Shown piece by piece: positions 26,131 through 39,905 of a DNA stretch of 64,000 bases. The stretch is from Vicugna vicugna (taxonomy: Eukaryota). Numbering within the stretch: the first letter of the stretch is position 1; each line of letters opens with the position of its first letter. The notes under the pieces are model-generated. The model worked only from the letters and a program-made list of their open reading frames with translations. It did no database searches and was not told where the DNA came from. The stretch covers positions 7,964,407-8,028,406 of the forward strand of contig MU058584.1 of NCBI GenBank assembly GCA_013265495.1, read 5' to 3'. The translations under genes and the position numbers were made by a program.

Positions 26131-26510
26131 TTCTTCCCATCCGTTTTACTTTTCCTGTCTGTTCTCCCTACTTTTCTAGCCTGTGACTTTTTCTGACTTC
26201 CAGTTTTCCTTGTTTGAGGTTGCATGTTTCTCCAAATAGCATTGAAAGCAGCAATCCCCTTGTTTCCTCCCACAGGGTTCCTCTACGTGTCCTGCGGTCA
26301 GCCCCCTGTGGTCTGCTCTGGTCTCATGGCAAGGACCCCACACAGACAGTTAACTCAGGGTGTTCCTTGGACCTGCAGCTTCCCTTTCTCCTTTAGCTGT
26401 TGCTATTTCGATCGTCTCTGGGAGGAGGGGGCCTCATGCCACTCAGAAAAGGAAGATGAGACATCTTGACACTCAGTTCCCCCAGTTATCCCCTATCCTC
26501 CCTTGCATTC

Positions 26511-26875
26511 TGTTATGGACTGAAGTGTTTCCCTCTTAAAATTTGTATGTTGAAGTCCTGATGTCCAGCACCTCAGAATATGACTGTATTTGGAAACAGG
26601 GTCTTTAAGAAAGGGATTAAGTTAAATTGAGGTCATTCAGGTGGGCCCTAATCTAATAGGGCTGTTGTGCCTCTAAGAGGAAATTAGGACATGCAGAGAG
26701 AGGCCCATCCTTTGCATGCACAAAGAGACAGCCATGTGAGGACACAGCAGGATGGCAGCCAAACCTGCCAGCACCTTGACCTTGGACTTCAAGCTTCCAG
26801 AAGTCTGAAAAAATTAATTTCTGTAGTGTAATCCACCCAGTAAATGGTACTTTTTTATGGCAGCAGATGAATATA
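26511..26875 (+). mobile_element. MLT1B-like MaLR solo LTR
   Basis: tgttatggactgaa...tatgttgaagtcct...ggtgggccctaatc...ccttggacttc; 5-bp flanks cattc/ccttc. Confidence 0.85.
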
Positions 26876-26889
26876 CCTTCCAGTTGTTC

Positions 26890-28050
26890 TCTTGAAAAAG
26901 CCGAAGGTTTAAACTTCTTATTTTGATACTCATGACCTTCAAAATCTGGCTTCAATCTGCCTTTCCCAACTTAACCCACACCGCATAAACCTCCAGTAGC
27001 AAAACTGCGCCATGTATCACCCCCCAGGTGTGCTTTGTACCTGTATATTCATGTCTTTGCTCATTCTACCTGGAATATTGCAATTTCCATGCTGGAGATC
27101 TTACCCATCCCTCAGTGTTCATCGCAAAAATCCACTCATCTACAAAGTCTTTGGTTATCTTAACTAGCCTTGAATCCTCTTCTGAGTCCCTATAACATTT
27201 TATCATTACTTATTCACAAATCTTATTCCTCCTGTTTGAGGGTAAAATCTTAGAAGGCACAAGTCATATCTTGATGCCTATGTACAAAGTTCCTAGCACA
27301 GCCCCCAAAGAGATGATTCATTCATTCGTCAGTTCATCCATATGTTGCTCTTAGCCACATGTTGTATTAATTTGTAAGCGATGCAGCCTAGAACAAGACA
27401 AATGTGATCTCTGCCCCATGAAACTTACATTCCATGGAGCTACAGAGAAATGAGTAATCAAGTAGTTATAGGTTGTTACTAGTATCTTAATGGAGAATAA
27501 AGTCATGACCTATTTCAGATAGTGTGCTTAGAGAAGGCCTCTGGAGGAGGTGCCATTGAAGCTAAGATATGTAAGATAAGAAACCTGCCCCATGAGGAGG
27601 CATAAGCAGAGGTTAGACTCCTGGGGCAGGATTGAGTGTGATGCTCCAACTAGTGTGCTTGGAGCACCATGAGCAAGAGGGAGAGCAGCAGCCAGTAAAG
27701 GCAGAGAGGATGGGGGGAGACAAGTCCTGCAGTGCCTTGGCAAGGGGTTGGTTGGGTTTTCTTGGGAAGCCTCCAGAGAATTTTAAGCAGGAAACTGTCA
27801 TGGCACATTTTAAAAAATCACGCTGCTGTGCAGGGAATGAATTGTAAGAGTGAAAGCATGGAGACTGAGTCGGAGGCTATGTGGTATCCAAGTTAGAAGT
27901 GGTGGGTTCGACGTGAGCGTGCTAGCCAGGAGAAAGAGGGAAGTGGATGGGGTGTGATATTTTGGAGGTGGACTTACAGATGGGTAGGATGTGGGGAAAG
28001 AGAGAATAAGAAGAAGGAGGATTAGTCCCAGATTTCTGCTTCCATTAACA
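26890..28050. mobile_element. Two tail-to-tail L2 fragments (+ to ~27315, - after)
   Basis: cctagcacag L2 3' end, then attcattcattc...tctctgccccatgaaacttacattc...gaaggcctctggaggaggtg. Confidence 0.65.
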
Positions 28051-28107
28051 GTGTTTTTTTCTTTTTTAATTGTAAAGAAGGACTGATCATTAAAAACAAC
28101 CTTTTAC

Positions 28108-28108
28108 A

Positions 28109-28136
<28 letters not shown>
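28108..28136. repeat. (CA)n microsatellite
   Basis: Direct reading. Confidence 0.95.
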
Positions 28137-28139
<3 letters not shown>

Positions 28140-28194
28140 CTGTAGACAAGAAAAGCACCCAAGTTTGTTAAATTCTTCTTGTCAAGGATAATCT

Positions 28195-28264
28195 CTTTAA
28201 TAGTTGAATATATGTTTAATAGTTGAATACATGCTTAACTATTCCCTTTAATAGTTGAATATAT
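28195..28264. repeat. Three copies of tttaatagttgaata
   Basis: Two tandem 19-bp units and a third copy after a short spacer. Confidence 0.8.
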
Positions 28265-30450
28265 ACATATTTATGCATATGTATTTTTAATGCTTATATA
28301 TGTGTGTAGAGTTTTATTTGAAACAAAAAGCAACTACAGCCATTTCTATCTCCCCTGGGCATAGCATAAGTCTGTCTTGGGTAAACAGTGTCTTGCTTAG
28401 AAAAATTATGTTGTGGAGTCTTTTGGTGAGTGTTCTGGGGAAAGAGGACAAAAACAAAGGGAGAGGTGAATTATCCCTGCATAACAAAGTGACAGGATAG
28501 CCTTTCACATGAATATCTTGGAAGATGAGGGGACAGGCAAGGAGGGAGCATCCAGTAGGTGACTGAGGAAATCCTTGGCACACAGTGTTATCTGTGGTGG
28601 AGGTGGTCAAAGGACTTTAGAACAGCAATGACTAATATTTCTCTATGGTTCTCAGCTTTACTCTTCTCCTTCCTAAATTTTCATGAAACTTGTTACACAC
28701 AAAAGCTTTAAGCTAGTGGTGCTTTAGATTAAAGTTAAGTAAAAAGAAGAAGTTGGTATTTAGTGTGGGCAAGGCTGTGCTGGAGGAGGAAGGCAAGCCC
28801 AAGAGTTGAGAGTCAGGTGGCTCTGGAGACTCAGGCTGCAGGGGGACGAAATCTTTCTCTTCCTTTCCTATGGGTGGAGACTTCCCTCAGTTTGGAACTT
28901 AGGTTCTTGTGCCATTTCAGTTGAGTAGTTAAAAAAATTTTTATCCCTACATGCTGGGCAGCAGAATCTGATCGTGTGTGCGTGTGTCACACATGAGATG
29001 TGTTCAGCTGCAGACAGTTATCTCGCTGTAGTTCTTTCATTATTTAAGATGCAGCAGCATCCCTGGCAAGGTGTAGCAAGGCCAGCAGCAGGCTGGGAAT
29101 CTGACATGTCAGGGTCTTGTATGCTTTATACATAAGATTTGGCAAAATTGTTAGATGACTTTTAAATTCAGGTTTTTTTTTTTTAAATAACAGCTTCAGC
29201 ATTTAATTATTCTGTATTTGAAAGGTCACTAGAAACCAAGAGTTTAAAAAAAGTCTTGAAACTGGAAAAAAAAAGTTTAATCAATTTCTATTCAAACCAA
29301 GATCCCTTCTTGCATTTTTTTCCCTTTGGGGAAGTTATAGGGTAGATGGAGGTTGTGGGGAACAAGACGGTGATTGTTTTTGTGAAACTTTTTGGTTTTG
29401 ACTCTGACCTTTATCTTATAGTAGAAGGTAGAGTGTTCGGTATAAAATGGAAGAAACCTGTGGTGAGGGAGTAGAGAATCTGTAATTGGAGAAGCTTAGA
29501 CCCCACATTGTCTGGGGCGAACCATTTTGTAGCCATGTACAAACTCTCAGCAGGACAATAGGGTGACTTTCAGTTGAAGGTCAGTAGTCCAGGGACTTGA
29601 GAAATCTATTTGTCTTGCCTGTTTGACCCGTCCCACCCTCCTAGCTATGTTCATAACTGCTCTTGCTTCCCATTCAGTTTGGGAAAACAGTGGCCTATTC
29701 AGATGCCTTCAGAAAAATAAATGAGACCTTCAAAGTTAACTCAAGTCCATCCATGGCTACATCCTCCCAAGCATGCCTGTGTCCATAAGACCTCCATTGT
29801 AAGAAGGTGGGAGGAAGAAAGGAAGTGATGTGAAAGATTTGAGATACAGATCACCCTTTAGTATTCCCTAGATTTATAATATGCATAAATTATAAAAGTG
29901 AGGTTTTCTTCTTGGTTCTGTAGTTGTCCTTGGAAAATTTCTAAAGAACCTAGGTGTTTTTTGGTAATAAAGTACCCAGGGGCATCATCAGGACTAAACT
30001 ACCTTGAAGCTTTTCTGTGTTATTAACTTCAGATGTCATTTACTTTTGATCTTTATGTTTATTATTCTAGGCTATGTACTTATAGGCTGATACATTGTGG
30101 TGACTTCATTTATGACTTTTTTTCTTTCATGAAGATTTCTATTTTGTTTGCAGTTGGATTTGTCACCCTCTAGGGTGGTACACAGAAAGCATAGTCGCCT
30201 TGGGACAGAAAATTCTTCATGAAACCAATGATCTGGCCACTTGTCAGAAGGGAAAACCAAATAACCAAATGAACAATCTGTTTTTCCCTTTTGGCTCAAT
30301 CGAAGGAATCCACAGTAAGGCTTCAAAAGGTGCTACCCCTAATCCCAGCTGGGGAATTTTTTGGTTTTTTTTTTCAACAATTATGGTTTGTCAAAAACTG
30401 GCCTGACTCCATGCTGTAATCTAGGGCATCTATAACACCATGGTCACTCA

Positions 30451-30591
30451 GTTTATTTTATTTATCTATCTTTTTGGTGGGGGAGAGGTAATTAGGTTTG
30501 TTTATTTACTTTTGGAGGAGGTACTGGGTATTGAACCCAGAAACTCATGCATGCTAAGCATGCACTCTACCACTTGAGCTATACCCTCCCC
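30451..30591 (-). mobile_element. tRNA-derived SINE, camelid Vic-1-like
   Basis: ggtactgggtattgaacccag...gcatgctaagcatgcactctaccacttgagctataccctcccc; 15-bp TSD caccatg(g/c)tcactca at 30436-30450 and 30592-30606. Confidence 0.88.
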
Positions 30592-32636
30592 CACCATGCT
30601 CACTCAAGAAGTTGCCTGCTTGTTGGCGTGTTGTCCAACCACATTTAGGCAAGAATAGCACGGAAGTAGAGGTCTTCTTTAGGACAGGGACAGTATCTTA
30701 CTCATCTGTTCATCCCTGGGGCTTAGCACAGTACGTAAATGTAAAGGAAGGTTATTTACTGAGGATGCCCAGGGGGGTCACCGTTGGATTAACCTCAGGA
30801 TGGTGTTACCCTATGCATTCTAATCTAGCTTTTGGAAACATTTCCCTGGTTCTTTGGTAAGGTGTATTGTGAATCAAAATACCAGGTATCTTTGAGGGTT
30901 GACTCAGAGCTGGGGCAGGAAATCTGCAATGGTAGGATAGGGAAATCAAAGTTGTAATGGCAAGGCTTTCCAAGGGCTTAACCTCTTATTTCTAGTGGGA
31001 ACAAGGGCCCACTGCCAAGTGGTCACACTTGTGTTGAGCAGAGCAACAACAGTAAGGATAGAGCTCGCAGTGAGAGAAGTCAGCATTCATTCAGCAGAAC
31101 AGGAGGCACTGGGATACCAGGGGAAGGATAAGATGTGGGAGCTTGTAGCCCATGTCAACAAAGCTCAGGGACTGTGAAGATCAAAGACACTGTAATTGCT
31201 ATCCATCATGGGCAGAGGTGGGCCTGGGGTACAGCAGGATGATCACAATGATCATCCCTTGGGTCAAACAATTGACTTGATGAACAGATAGAGATAGCAG
31301 TCAGCTTTCTTAACAAGTCACTCCTTGCAGTGAGAGCAGATGATGTGACCGTTCCCGAGAGAAAACCATGCTGTTGAGCAGAGATGCCATTTTCCCATGA
31401 GGGAGGTGTGTTTAAATGAGCGTGTTCTCTATTTGAAAGGCCTCGGCAGATTAGATCAGTTGTGCAGTTGGGGTTTGCGTAGGAGCAGCCCACAGGTGAG
31501 AGGCTCCTCACTTACGGTTGTGTCTGAGTGGGCTGAGCGAATGGCGGAGGTAGCAAAGAGCCCCATGTGTTTCAGAACATCGCGTGAGTAGTTGGCTGGC
31601 TGCCCACTTGCTGCTCTGTCTCTAGTGTGGCTCCACACTCAACCTTTGAAAGCCTTCTCACATGCAGATCCTATTTATGTAAGAAGTTTGCTCAAACACC
31701 CCCACAGTGCTTTAATGACGTACGGGAAGGGTATCCTCTCACCCCTACCCATGACTCAATACACAGAGCAGAATTGGTGCTCTCTTCTCTAGGCTCTGAA
31801 TTTCTAAAGTGGAATCACCTCACATGAAACTGATCATCTCTCAGTGGGTGCTGCTCTGGCCAGCTCACCTACCTGGCTTGTATTGCTGCAGGGCTGGGGG
31901 TTATTGATTAAAGATAAAATAAAGTTAATATAAATGAATCACTTACTTTTTCAAATTAGAGTTCTTCCATTCTGAAGCTCTCTTTCCTCTCCTGTCCATT
32001 ATCTTCATCCTGTCTTTCTCTTCAGTTAACCAGTATGAACTGCTCAACAAACTCACTATTCAAACATGAGACATCTTTTTGCCTTTTAAATTATTTGCTT
32101 GAACTGCTACCCATTTTATCAGCATGAAGACCAAAATTTCTCTTTTGAGGTTCTACGTAAATTGCCTAAGAGCTTCAGGGTTAACTTGGTGCGAAGAGGG
32201 ACTCAGTGTGTTTCTCATGTGAGATCGAGAGAGAGCTGGGGTCTGGTCAGTTCCTTGCCCACCACTGCTCGGGGTTGTTGCCGAAGACCAGACCCACACA
32301 TCTCCAGTGGTGCTTGTCCGCTGCAGCAGTGATGTCCTTGGTGGTCCGGACACCTCCATTTTCTGCAGTGGTTCTTCATCCACACTTGGCCTTTGTGGAT
32401 ATGGCTATAGCAGAAAGCTCTTTTGGTTTCCATACACAGACATTCTTGGGACACCAGCCAACCAACACTGAGAGGTTTAATTGGGTTCCAATAACTATTA
32501 CCACCTCAAAGACCAGAGTCAGAACCCTCCACCTTTCCTGCTGGCTATTATCATCCAATGACAGTACTGCCTTTTAAAGCCACACAAAATTCATTATGTC
32601 TTTTTACACCTTTCTCCTTAGAAAATAGTGCTTCAT

Positions 32637-33038
32637 TGTGGCAGACAAAATGTGACCATTCATAAAATCATTTTATTTCCCTTCTGGTCACATAGGAAGG
32701 CTTCATTTTCCAGTCCTCCTTGCAGCTAGGTGGGATCTGTGATAAGATCTGCACAGAGAATATGGGCCCATGTGCCTCACCATAGAACCTTTCCTATCAG
32801 ATCTCTCATGTGCTCTCTCCCTTATCTGCATGGCTAGACGGAAAAAGATTCCAAGATGGTGGAGCCGCAAGTTGGCAATAGCTTGAGCCCTCGGCCACTG
32901 CTTAGAGGAGAGCCATCCAGGAAAGTAGCCAATCTGTCCTGTCTCTTGTGAGCATGAGAATACATTTTTATTTTTTTGAATTCTTGAGATTTAGGGATCC
33001 GTTATTATAAAAGAGCCTATCCTTCCTTAACTAATGCA
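32637..33038 (+). mobile_element. MLT1I/J-like LTR
   Basis: tgtggcagac...cattttccagtcctccttgcagctagg...aactaatgca. Confidence 0.7.
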
Positions 33039-33208
33039 CTTCTTACTGAAGGCAGTTTGCCCTCCCTCGACAATGCCATTCAGCTTATTTTTGTGTAAGC
33101 CGGAGGAGCCTTTTACTGGTATCCACCCTGAACGGAAAGGTTTGCTTCAAATGGACTTGCTTACTGGCTCCTAGTCATGAGAGATGCTGGCATTTCTAGG
33201 ACCACACC

Positions 33209-33617
33209 TATGTCAGCCAGCATGGCTAAATTATACCATGCTAACAAAAGATCCCCAAATCCAAGTGGCTTATGTCAGTAAAGGTTTAGTTCTTGTTCAA
33301 ATTAGATTTTCATCACTGGTTAGCTAAGGCTCTGCTTCATACTGTCTTCATTGTGGGCCCGGAATGATGACGTAGCCTCTCTCTGGGGGCATTGCCAGGC
33401 TCATGGGAGAGGTAAGTGGAGCCCCGTGAACCACACGCAGGCTCTTAAAGCTCCTGCTTGTAAGTGACAAACATAACTTCCATTTGCATTTAATGGACCA
33501 AAGCAAATCACGTGGTTAATGCTAATGTCATAAAGGGTGGTATATAATCCTGCAGGAAAGGACACCACAGAAAGGGGAACTAGAATATTTGAAAGATTAG
33601 TGATGTCATCTATCACA
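33209..33617 (-). mobile_element. MLT1I/J-like LTR
   Basis: ccccaaatccaagtggctta...aaaggtttagttcttg...ggaccaaagcaaatcacgtgg...tctatcaca. Confidence 0.7.
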
Positions 33618-33915
33618 ATCCTCAAAGGGCACCATTCTTAATTTCTGTCTTTACAGGCATCCGGTTACTTTTACAAGATTCAGGATAGGATGCTGGCGGG
33701 ATCTTGCTTAATTTAAATTCTTTGAAAATACGTCCATCCCTAGGACTGAGTCCAGAAAGAGACAGGCACAGTTCTTACAGGAAAGATGAGAGTATGAACT
33801 AACCTGAAACTCCATGCTCTTTGAATAACACTGTGTGAAGGCATACTCGGCCACCTTTGGCTCCCTTCCCTAGTCAGCTTCTCTTTTTGTTAGCCTTATA
33901 ATAACTGTCGTGGGC

Positions 33916-34549
33916 TGTATTCGTTTTCTATTGTTGCCGTAACAAATTACCACAAATATAGCAGCTCAAAATAACTCCCATTTGTTTTCTCATGCTTCTG
34001 TAGCTCAGAGGTCCAGCCATAGCACCTAAGAATGCTTTGAGCCTCACAGGGCTGAACTGAAGGTGTCATCAAGTGTCTGGAGGCTCTGGGCATTCACTTG
34101 CTTCCGGGCACATTGAAGGATAGGGCCAGTTCTAGCTGCATCTGGTTGTTGGACTGAGGTATCTGTTTCCTTGTTGGCAGTCATTGTGTACTGGATTCTA
34201 GACCATCTGCATTCCCTGACTCATGACCTTCTTCCTCCATCGTCAAAGCCAGCCACAGGGGGCCGAGTCCTTCTCATGCTTCTCACCTCCCTGACCTTCC
34301 CCTTCTGTGTCACCTCACCTCTGCTTACCTCTTCTGCTAACCCTTCTCAGACTCTGCTGCCTCCACTTCTGCTTTTAAGGGCTCATGTAATTTCATTGGG
34401 CCTGCCTAGATAATCCAGGATAATCTTCCTAGTTTAAGGTCAGCTGATGAGTAGACTTAATTCCATCTGCAAGATCTTTTCACAGCAGTACCTAAATAGT
34501 GTCGGGGGATGGATCGTGGGAGCACACCTTTAGAATTCTGCCCACTGTG
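33916..34549 (-). mobile_element. MLT1E-like LTR
   Basis: tgccgtaacaaattaccacaaa...gataatccaggataatct...cttaattccatctgcaa; flanks tgggc/tgggt. Confidence 0.8.
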
Positions 34550-35189
34550 TGGGTTTCAGTTATATCTGTGCACCAGATAATTACTTGGAAAATTTCCTTA
34601 AACACGTTCATCTCATAGTAAATAAAAGCCAGTAGGCTTGCTGGTATAAAAGTCTACTTCCTAGAAAAGAAAATTCTATAAACAAGGCAAGTCCTGAGCA
34701 CAGTGATTTCCCTGACTAGACCTTGAAGTTGGGGATAGAACTTTACATTCTTTTCTCCCCAGGACTCCACAACCTGTGCTCAGTAGTTGGTCCCTAGAAG
34801 TTTACCACTGTTGCTGCTGCTGAACAAAATAGGCCCAAGTCTACTCAAGTTTCAAGCAAATTCTGGGGGCCTGTGATGTACTACGTGTTGCAGAGTCCTT
34901 TAAAATCACCATTTTCTTCTTGCTCATAGAAATGGCCATTCAGGATGGCTCACAACCTTTCCCCATCCATCACCTCAGCCTGTCATGCAACCACAGCTTT
35001 GCTGAGGAGTGGGGTGAATGTGTTTGCCTGTTTTTTATTAGTAGAAAACCTGAAAGTGTGATGATTTCTGAAATTGATAACAGAAAATTTAGGTGGATTC
35101 TAGTGGAAGACTCTTTCATTCCCCACCACGTATTCTTCTGTGGCCCATTCGGAAAGGAAGTCCCACCAACCCTTCCATCCTTGCTGGGA

Positions 35190-35343
35190 AGTACCACCAG
35201 TCATATTCGGTTAGGGCACACACTACTGACCTCATTTTAACTGAATTACTTCTTTAAAGATCCTATCTCCAAGTATAGTCGCATCTGAGATACTGAGAAT
35301 TCAACATATGAACTTGGGGAGGGGACACTTTCAGCCTGTAACA
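35190..35343 (-). mobile_element. MLT1A/B LTR fragment
   Basis: tgacctcattttaact...tttaaagatcctatctccaa...ttcaacatatgaa...cagcctgtaaca. Confidence 0.7.
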
Positions 35344-35349
35344 CATATA

Positions 35350-36800
35350 TGTGGATTATGTCCTCACTGCCAAAATGTAAGTCTCTCAGTAGAAGGGATC
35401 TAGTCTGTTTGGTTTGATGCTATGTCCAAAGCACTCAGACTGGTACCTGGTATGTAGTTAGTGCTCAGTATTTGCTCAAAAAATGAAGAAACCTGAATAG
35501 TTTAGGTATCTTTAGAATTAAGATAGTTTGGATATCTAACAGACTCTGATGACGGATAATACATGAAACACAAGGCAGAAAGAGTCTCAGCTGGTTTCTA
35601 GCTTAAATAATTGAATGTCTAGTGATGCCCCTCAACATGACAGGGAATGCACACAAAAAAGGATCAGGGTTTGGGGAAAAAGCTTTGGGCATATTGAGTT
35701 AGAGATACTTGAAATACATTCAAGTGGAAAAGTCAAAGAGACCTTTGGATACATGGCATGTAGAGAATACAGTGGCGAAATCTTGGTTAAAAATACAGAT
35801 TTGGAAGATCATCAGTTCACAGTAAGTGCTGAAATCAGATGGCAAATGAGATCACCCAAAAAAACATACATAGGAAGAGACCTAGTGTAAAAGCAAGAAA
35901 AATACTAATGTTTAAAGGTTGGGTAGAGAAAGCAAAGCTTGTTTAAGAAGAGAATGAGGAAAGTGAGAAGTAGGCATCATAGAATCAGAGGAAGAAAAAC
36001 TATTGAAAGTAATGGTCACCTATGTCAAAGGATAAGGAGAAGTCCTTCTCAAAGGCTGTGCCAGGGAATAATCCTCCCATGAAATAATGTTTGGAACAAG
36101 ATTACCTGCTTAACTAAATGTGAGAAATGTCTTGCAGAATCACAAGATAATTTAGCCTATTAATGTCCGGAGAAATCTTGGTAGAAAGAAACCTATACAT
36201 TTTAACTTCTAATGTTAAGTTCCCAAAGCTTATGTTTGACCTTAAATCTCTCTCCTTTCTTCTTACGTAACTATGCTTAATAATAGCACACAGAACCGGA
36301 GTCCCAAGGAATACTCTTTGGAAAACAATAAGACAGCATAATTAACAAGATAAGTGTTGGAAATAGCCCTTTGCGTTTGACAATTAGGTGGTTTTGTTAT
36401 CATCACTGAAGTGGTTTCTGCTGAGTGATGGAGTCTGAAGGTATAGAGCTAAAGCAGGAAGCACAATCTGCTCATTCTATAAGCTTGACCTAAAGGAGGA
36501 GGCTAAAAGAAAAAAAGGGCAGTATCTTGCTTGCATGATGTGTAATGTTAAATAAATATGTATTGGATGGGAAGGACACAGCTAAGTTTATAGACAACAG
36601 ACACATTGAGAAATGGTAGCAAGAGAAGTTGAATAGTCAGCAGAACAAGGTCTACAAAGAGATAGGAGAAACTGAGATCAGAAGTAAGTCCTCCCCTTTC
36701 CTGAAGACTGGAAGAAGGAAGGAGAAGATACAGTTGTCTCTGTAGGATAAGATTGAGAAAGCCCATGATAATCTCAGTTCCTCAGATAAGAACATATACG
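35350..36800. mobile_element. L2 fragments (+ tail 35350-35490, then - body), with a possible hAT relic at ~36040-36330
   Basis: aatgtaagtctctc...gtacctggtatgtagttagtgctca; gggcatattgagttagagatactt...gatttggaagatcatcag. Confidence 0.55.
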
Positions 36801-37779
36801 CAGAGTTTGTCTTGGGTGCTGAAATAAAAAAAAACTATCCCATATCCCTCCCCCTAAAAAAGCTCATGTGTGATCTTGCTCGTGTAAAAGTCCTCCAAAT
36901 GTTACCACTACTGCTATGGTCAGGAAGTCACTTCTGCTTTGGACTCAGGTAGGAATCGTTTTCCTGGGCCTTTAATCTTCTAGTTTCCCCAGAGGCAGAG
37001 ATCTGTCCTATGTATGCATTTCTGTCTCCCCACTGCCTTTCACAAAATGGGTGCTATGAACATGGAATGATTAGCGAGCAACAGACAGCATCACATTCTG
37101 CCCATAATTGAGAATTCAATGCATTGCATTATTATAGTCTGAAGAATCCTAGTACCAGGGTGTGGTTACACAGTATAGTTTTGGACACTTTCCGTGGTGA
37201 GGCTTTCACTGAGAATTCTCCAGGTCCGATTTCTTCTTGTTCAGCCGTCATTGTCGACGCACCAGTTGATACCATCCCAGCTTTCTTTGCCTGGTTGTCT
37301 CAAGTATGTTGTCTGTGTAGTTCTGTGTGCAAAGCATTTATCAGAGAGCAAAGCACATAATTAAAGCTCAATAATTGATAGATTGTGATGATAGTAATCG
37401 TTACCATTATAATAGATTCAAACCCCAACCGAAGAGAGCTTCATTATCAAGATGCAAAGTTTTATATTTCTTACTTACCTAGGTACTGTTCTACTTCTTA
37501 ACCTTTTTTCCCACAAAACTTTTTTTCTTATTAACTATCTACTTCTTTTCATGTTCCTTACCTAATTTTTCACCACCAGATCTCTTATTTATCCTTATGT
37601 ATTCAGTATATTTGTTTGCTTAATAAAATTTTTATGCTTTGATTTTTTTTTTCATCCCCAGTATTTTTCTTATTTTCCTCTTTCTTAATTATAAGCTGTT
37701 TGGTCTAAAGTTAACATCTTTTTATTCACTTCTCCAATTATCAGTTGCCAGCTAGAAACCTGAGAGCCACCTTTTTTTT

Positions 37780-39000
37780 CTCGTAGTACTTAACAAATAT
37801 TGGTTTGTTGAGAACTTACTATGCACCAACTACTATTCCAGGCACTAAAGATACGAACGTGATAAAAATGTCATCGTCGTTAGGGAGCTTATATTCTAGT
37901 GAAGGATTCAGGCAGTGAGTAAGTGAAGATTAGGTAGTTAATAAAGTAGCAGACATGTAGAAAACTGATAAGGAATGTGTAGCTTGGGCTGGACGATTGA
38001 GCACACATGATTTGAGGAGCAAAGATTATAGGCAAGCTGTATCTGAAATTTCCTGGTTAAGGAGGTGAAGGAGGTTCATCAGGTCATGTGATAGTGCAAG
38101 TCTATCAGGATTCACAGTGGAAAGACCCAAAATGTGATGAACCAGACCGTGTGTGCCTGACAGTGGGTAGGTTTTAAAGTTGCAGACTTTTTGGTTAATT
38201 CCATCGCTGTTGTCTGAAAGCAGCTCTGCTTAAGAGTCATTGCTGTTAGCTGTCTAGGGATCTGAATCTGTGTAATCTTGAGATAGCGCAGTGGAAGGCT
38301 GTTGTGATGTATACTTTGATTCGGACTTCCTATTTAGGTCATTAAACAGACAGGCAGTTGTCATTGTATCAGTGAAAGCAGTTCTCTCCCAGTTGGATGC
38401 CAGAACTTCACTCTATTTAAGGAAAATGAGCCTATTGAGAAAATACTGGTTCAATTTATGGAGATGTTGAGTTTTTGGAGTCTTTGAAATCTTTTGCAAG
38501 AAGAGGCCAGTTAGTTTAATGCATGAACCTAGAATTTAAGAGGAAGATCTGGGCTGGAGACATAAGGCTTTGTATTGTGTCACCCAATAGAAATGGATGA
38601 GATTGCCCAGGAATGATGTGTTGTATTTTCTATTATTTAGAGCAGGGTGCCAGATAGGGAAGGAAGTGAGACTAAAGGGGCTAACCAAGAGACAGTGGAG
38701 AGGCCGTTGGATTGGTGGATTTGGTTAAGATAAAAATCAGGTATAGGGAGAGTAACTGAGTATGAGAAATGGAAGAGTAAGGGGTGCTCAGAGAGTGGGA
38801 TGGCTGAATTTAATCTTTTAAATCTGGAGCAATTTTGAGTGACACAGTAGTAGGTGTGCCTAGGGAGTGTCTGAAAATGAGGAGAGGCCCTGTGGGAAGG
38901 CACAAAGGAGAGGAAGCACAGAGTGGTGATGGTGATGGAGATATAGACGAGATTAATAGGCTTATAAAGTGAGAGAGGACATGAGAAATGTGAGGTATGG
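37780..39000 (-). mobile_element. L2 fragments (tail 37780-37930, body 38440-39000)
   Basis: ttgagaacttactatgcacca...ggagcttatattctagtg; gatctgggctggagacata...aatggatgagattgcccagg. Confidence 0.55.
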
Positions 39001-39744
39001 TGAAGACAACTGGTCCCAGCTGCCCTCTGGAGAGATAGCTATGGGGTGGGGCACTCGGGCTCTTTTAGAATCAGTCACAGCCTGGGATAGATGGCATTTT
39101 TGAGGGAATACTTGTTGTTGAGGATGTGGCAACTCAGATTTCTGTGGGTCTCCATTGCATTAGTTCTGGAATCAGAGTTGTTGGTGTGCAAACTTACACT
39201 AGGGTTGCTGTGTGGAGGTCCTTGTTCTGAGGGGTCTGTACTCCAAGAGTTTTACCCAGTGCAAGGAATCCATGCTGGCCATTGAGCCTGAATCCCTTCA
39301 AGTGTAGCATCCATCCTGTGGAGTTTTCTGCAAGCTCAGACAGGGATGGGGCGAGAATTAGGGCTCTAACTCATTTCTGAGGGCCCTATGGAGTGAATGG
39401 AGAAAGGGAGTTGAAGATTGGGAGCTATTTGGGTCATCATGTGTTGGACTGAAAGATTAAATAGAGAGCAGATGAATTCTGACACAAGATCGGAACCCGG
39501 GGAGGGACCAGAAGTCACTTCCAAAATTATGAAACCAAGGAGGTAAAATGAGAAGATTAGTAGATCACATGTATTCCAGATAAAACAGAGTAGTGAGATA
39601 TGGAGAGGGTGAAAAACGGGGTCTAGTTATTAGGGTGAAAGAAAAAGGAGTTTGGTTATGTGGTAGGTTTATAGTATATGGTTGATATGGTATTAAGAGT
39701 ATGCCTCCATTTTTGCAGAAGCAATATAATTAAAAAATAAACCA

Positions 39745-39905
39745 AAATATTGCTGCATTGGAGAACTAGCCCTTGGCAGCTTCTAACCAGCAAGGTGATC
39801 TGGAACAATCTATTAAAGTCTACGTAACCCTATCTTCTCATCTGTAAAAATTAAGCAATTGGGTGAGATGATCTCTGAAGTTTCTAGTAGCTCTGTGATT
39901 CTACA
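39745..39905 (+). mobile_element. MIR3/MIRc SINE
   Basis: ttctcatctgtaaaa...gatgatctctgaagtttctagtagctctgtgattcta. Confidence 0.7.

Noticed and set aside
29870..29900. AT-rich hairpin tttataat...attataaa
   Set aside because: Short, low-complexity arms expected by chance
30500..30591. tRNA gene
   Set aside because: It is the head of a SINE with a tail and TSD
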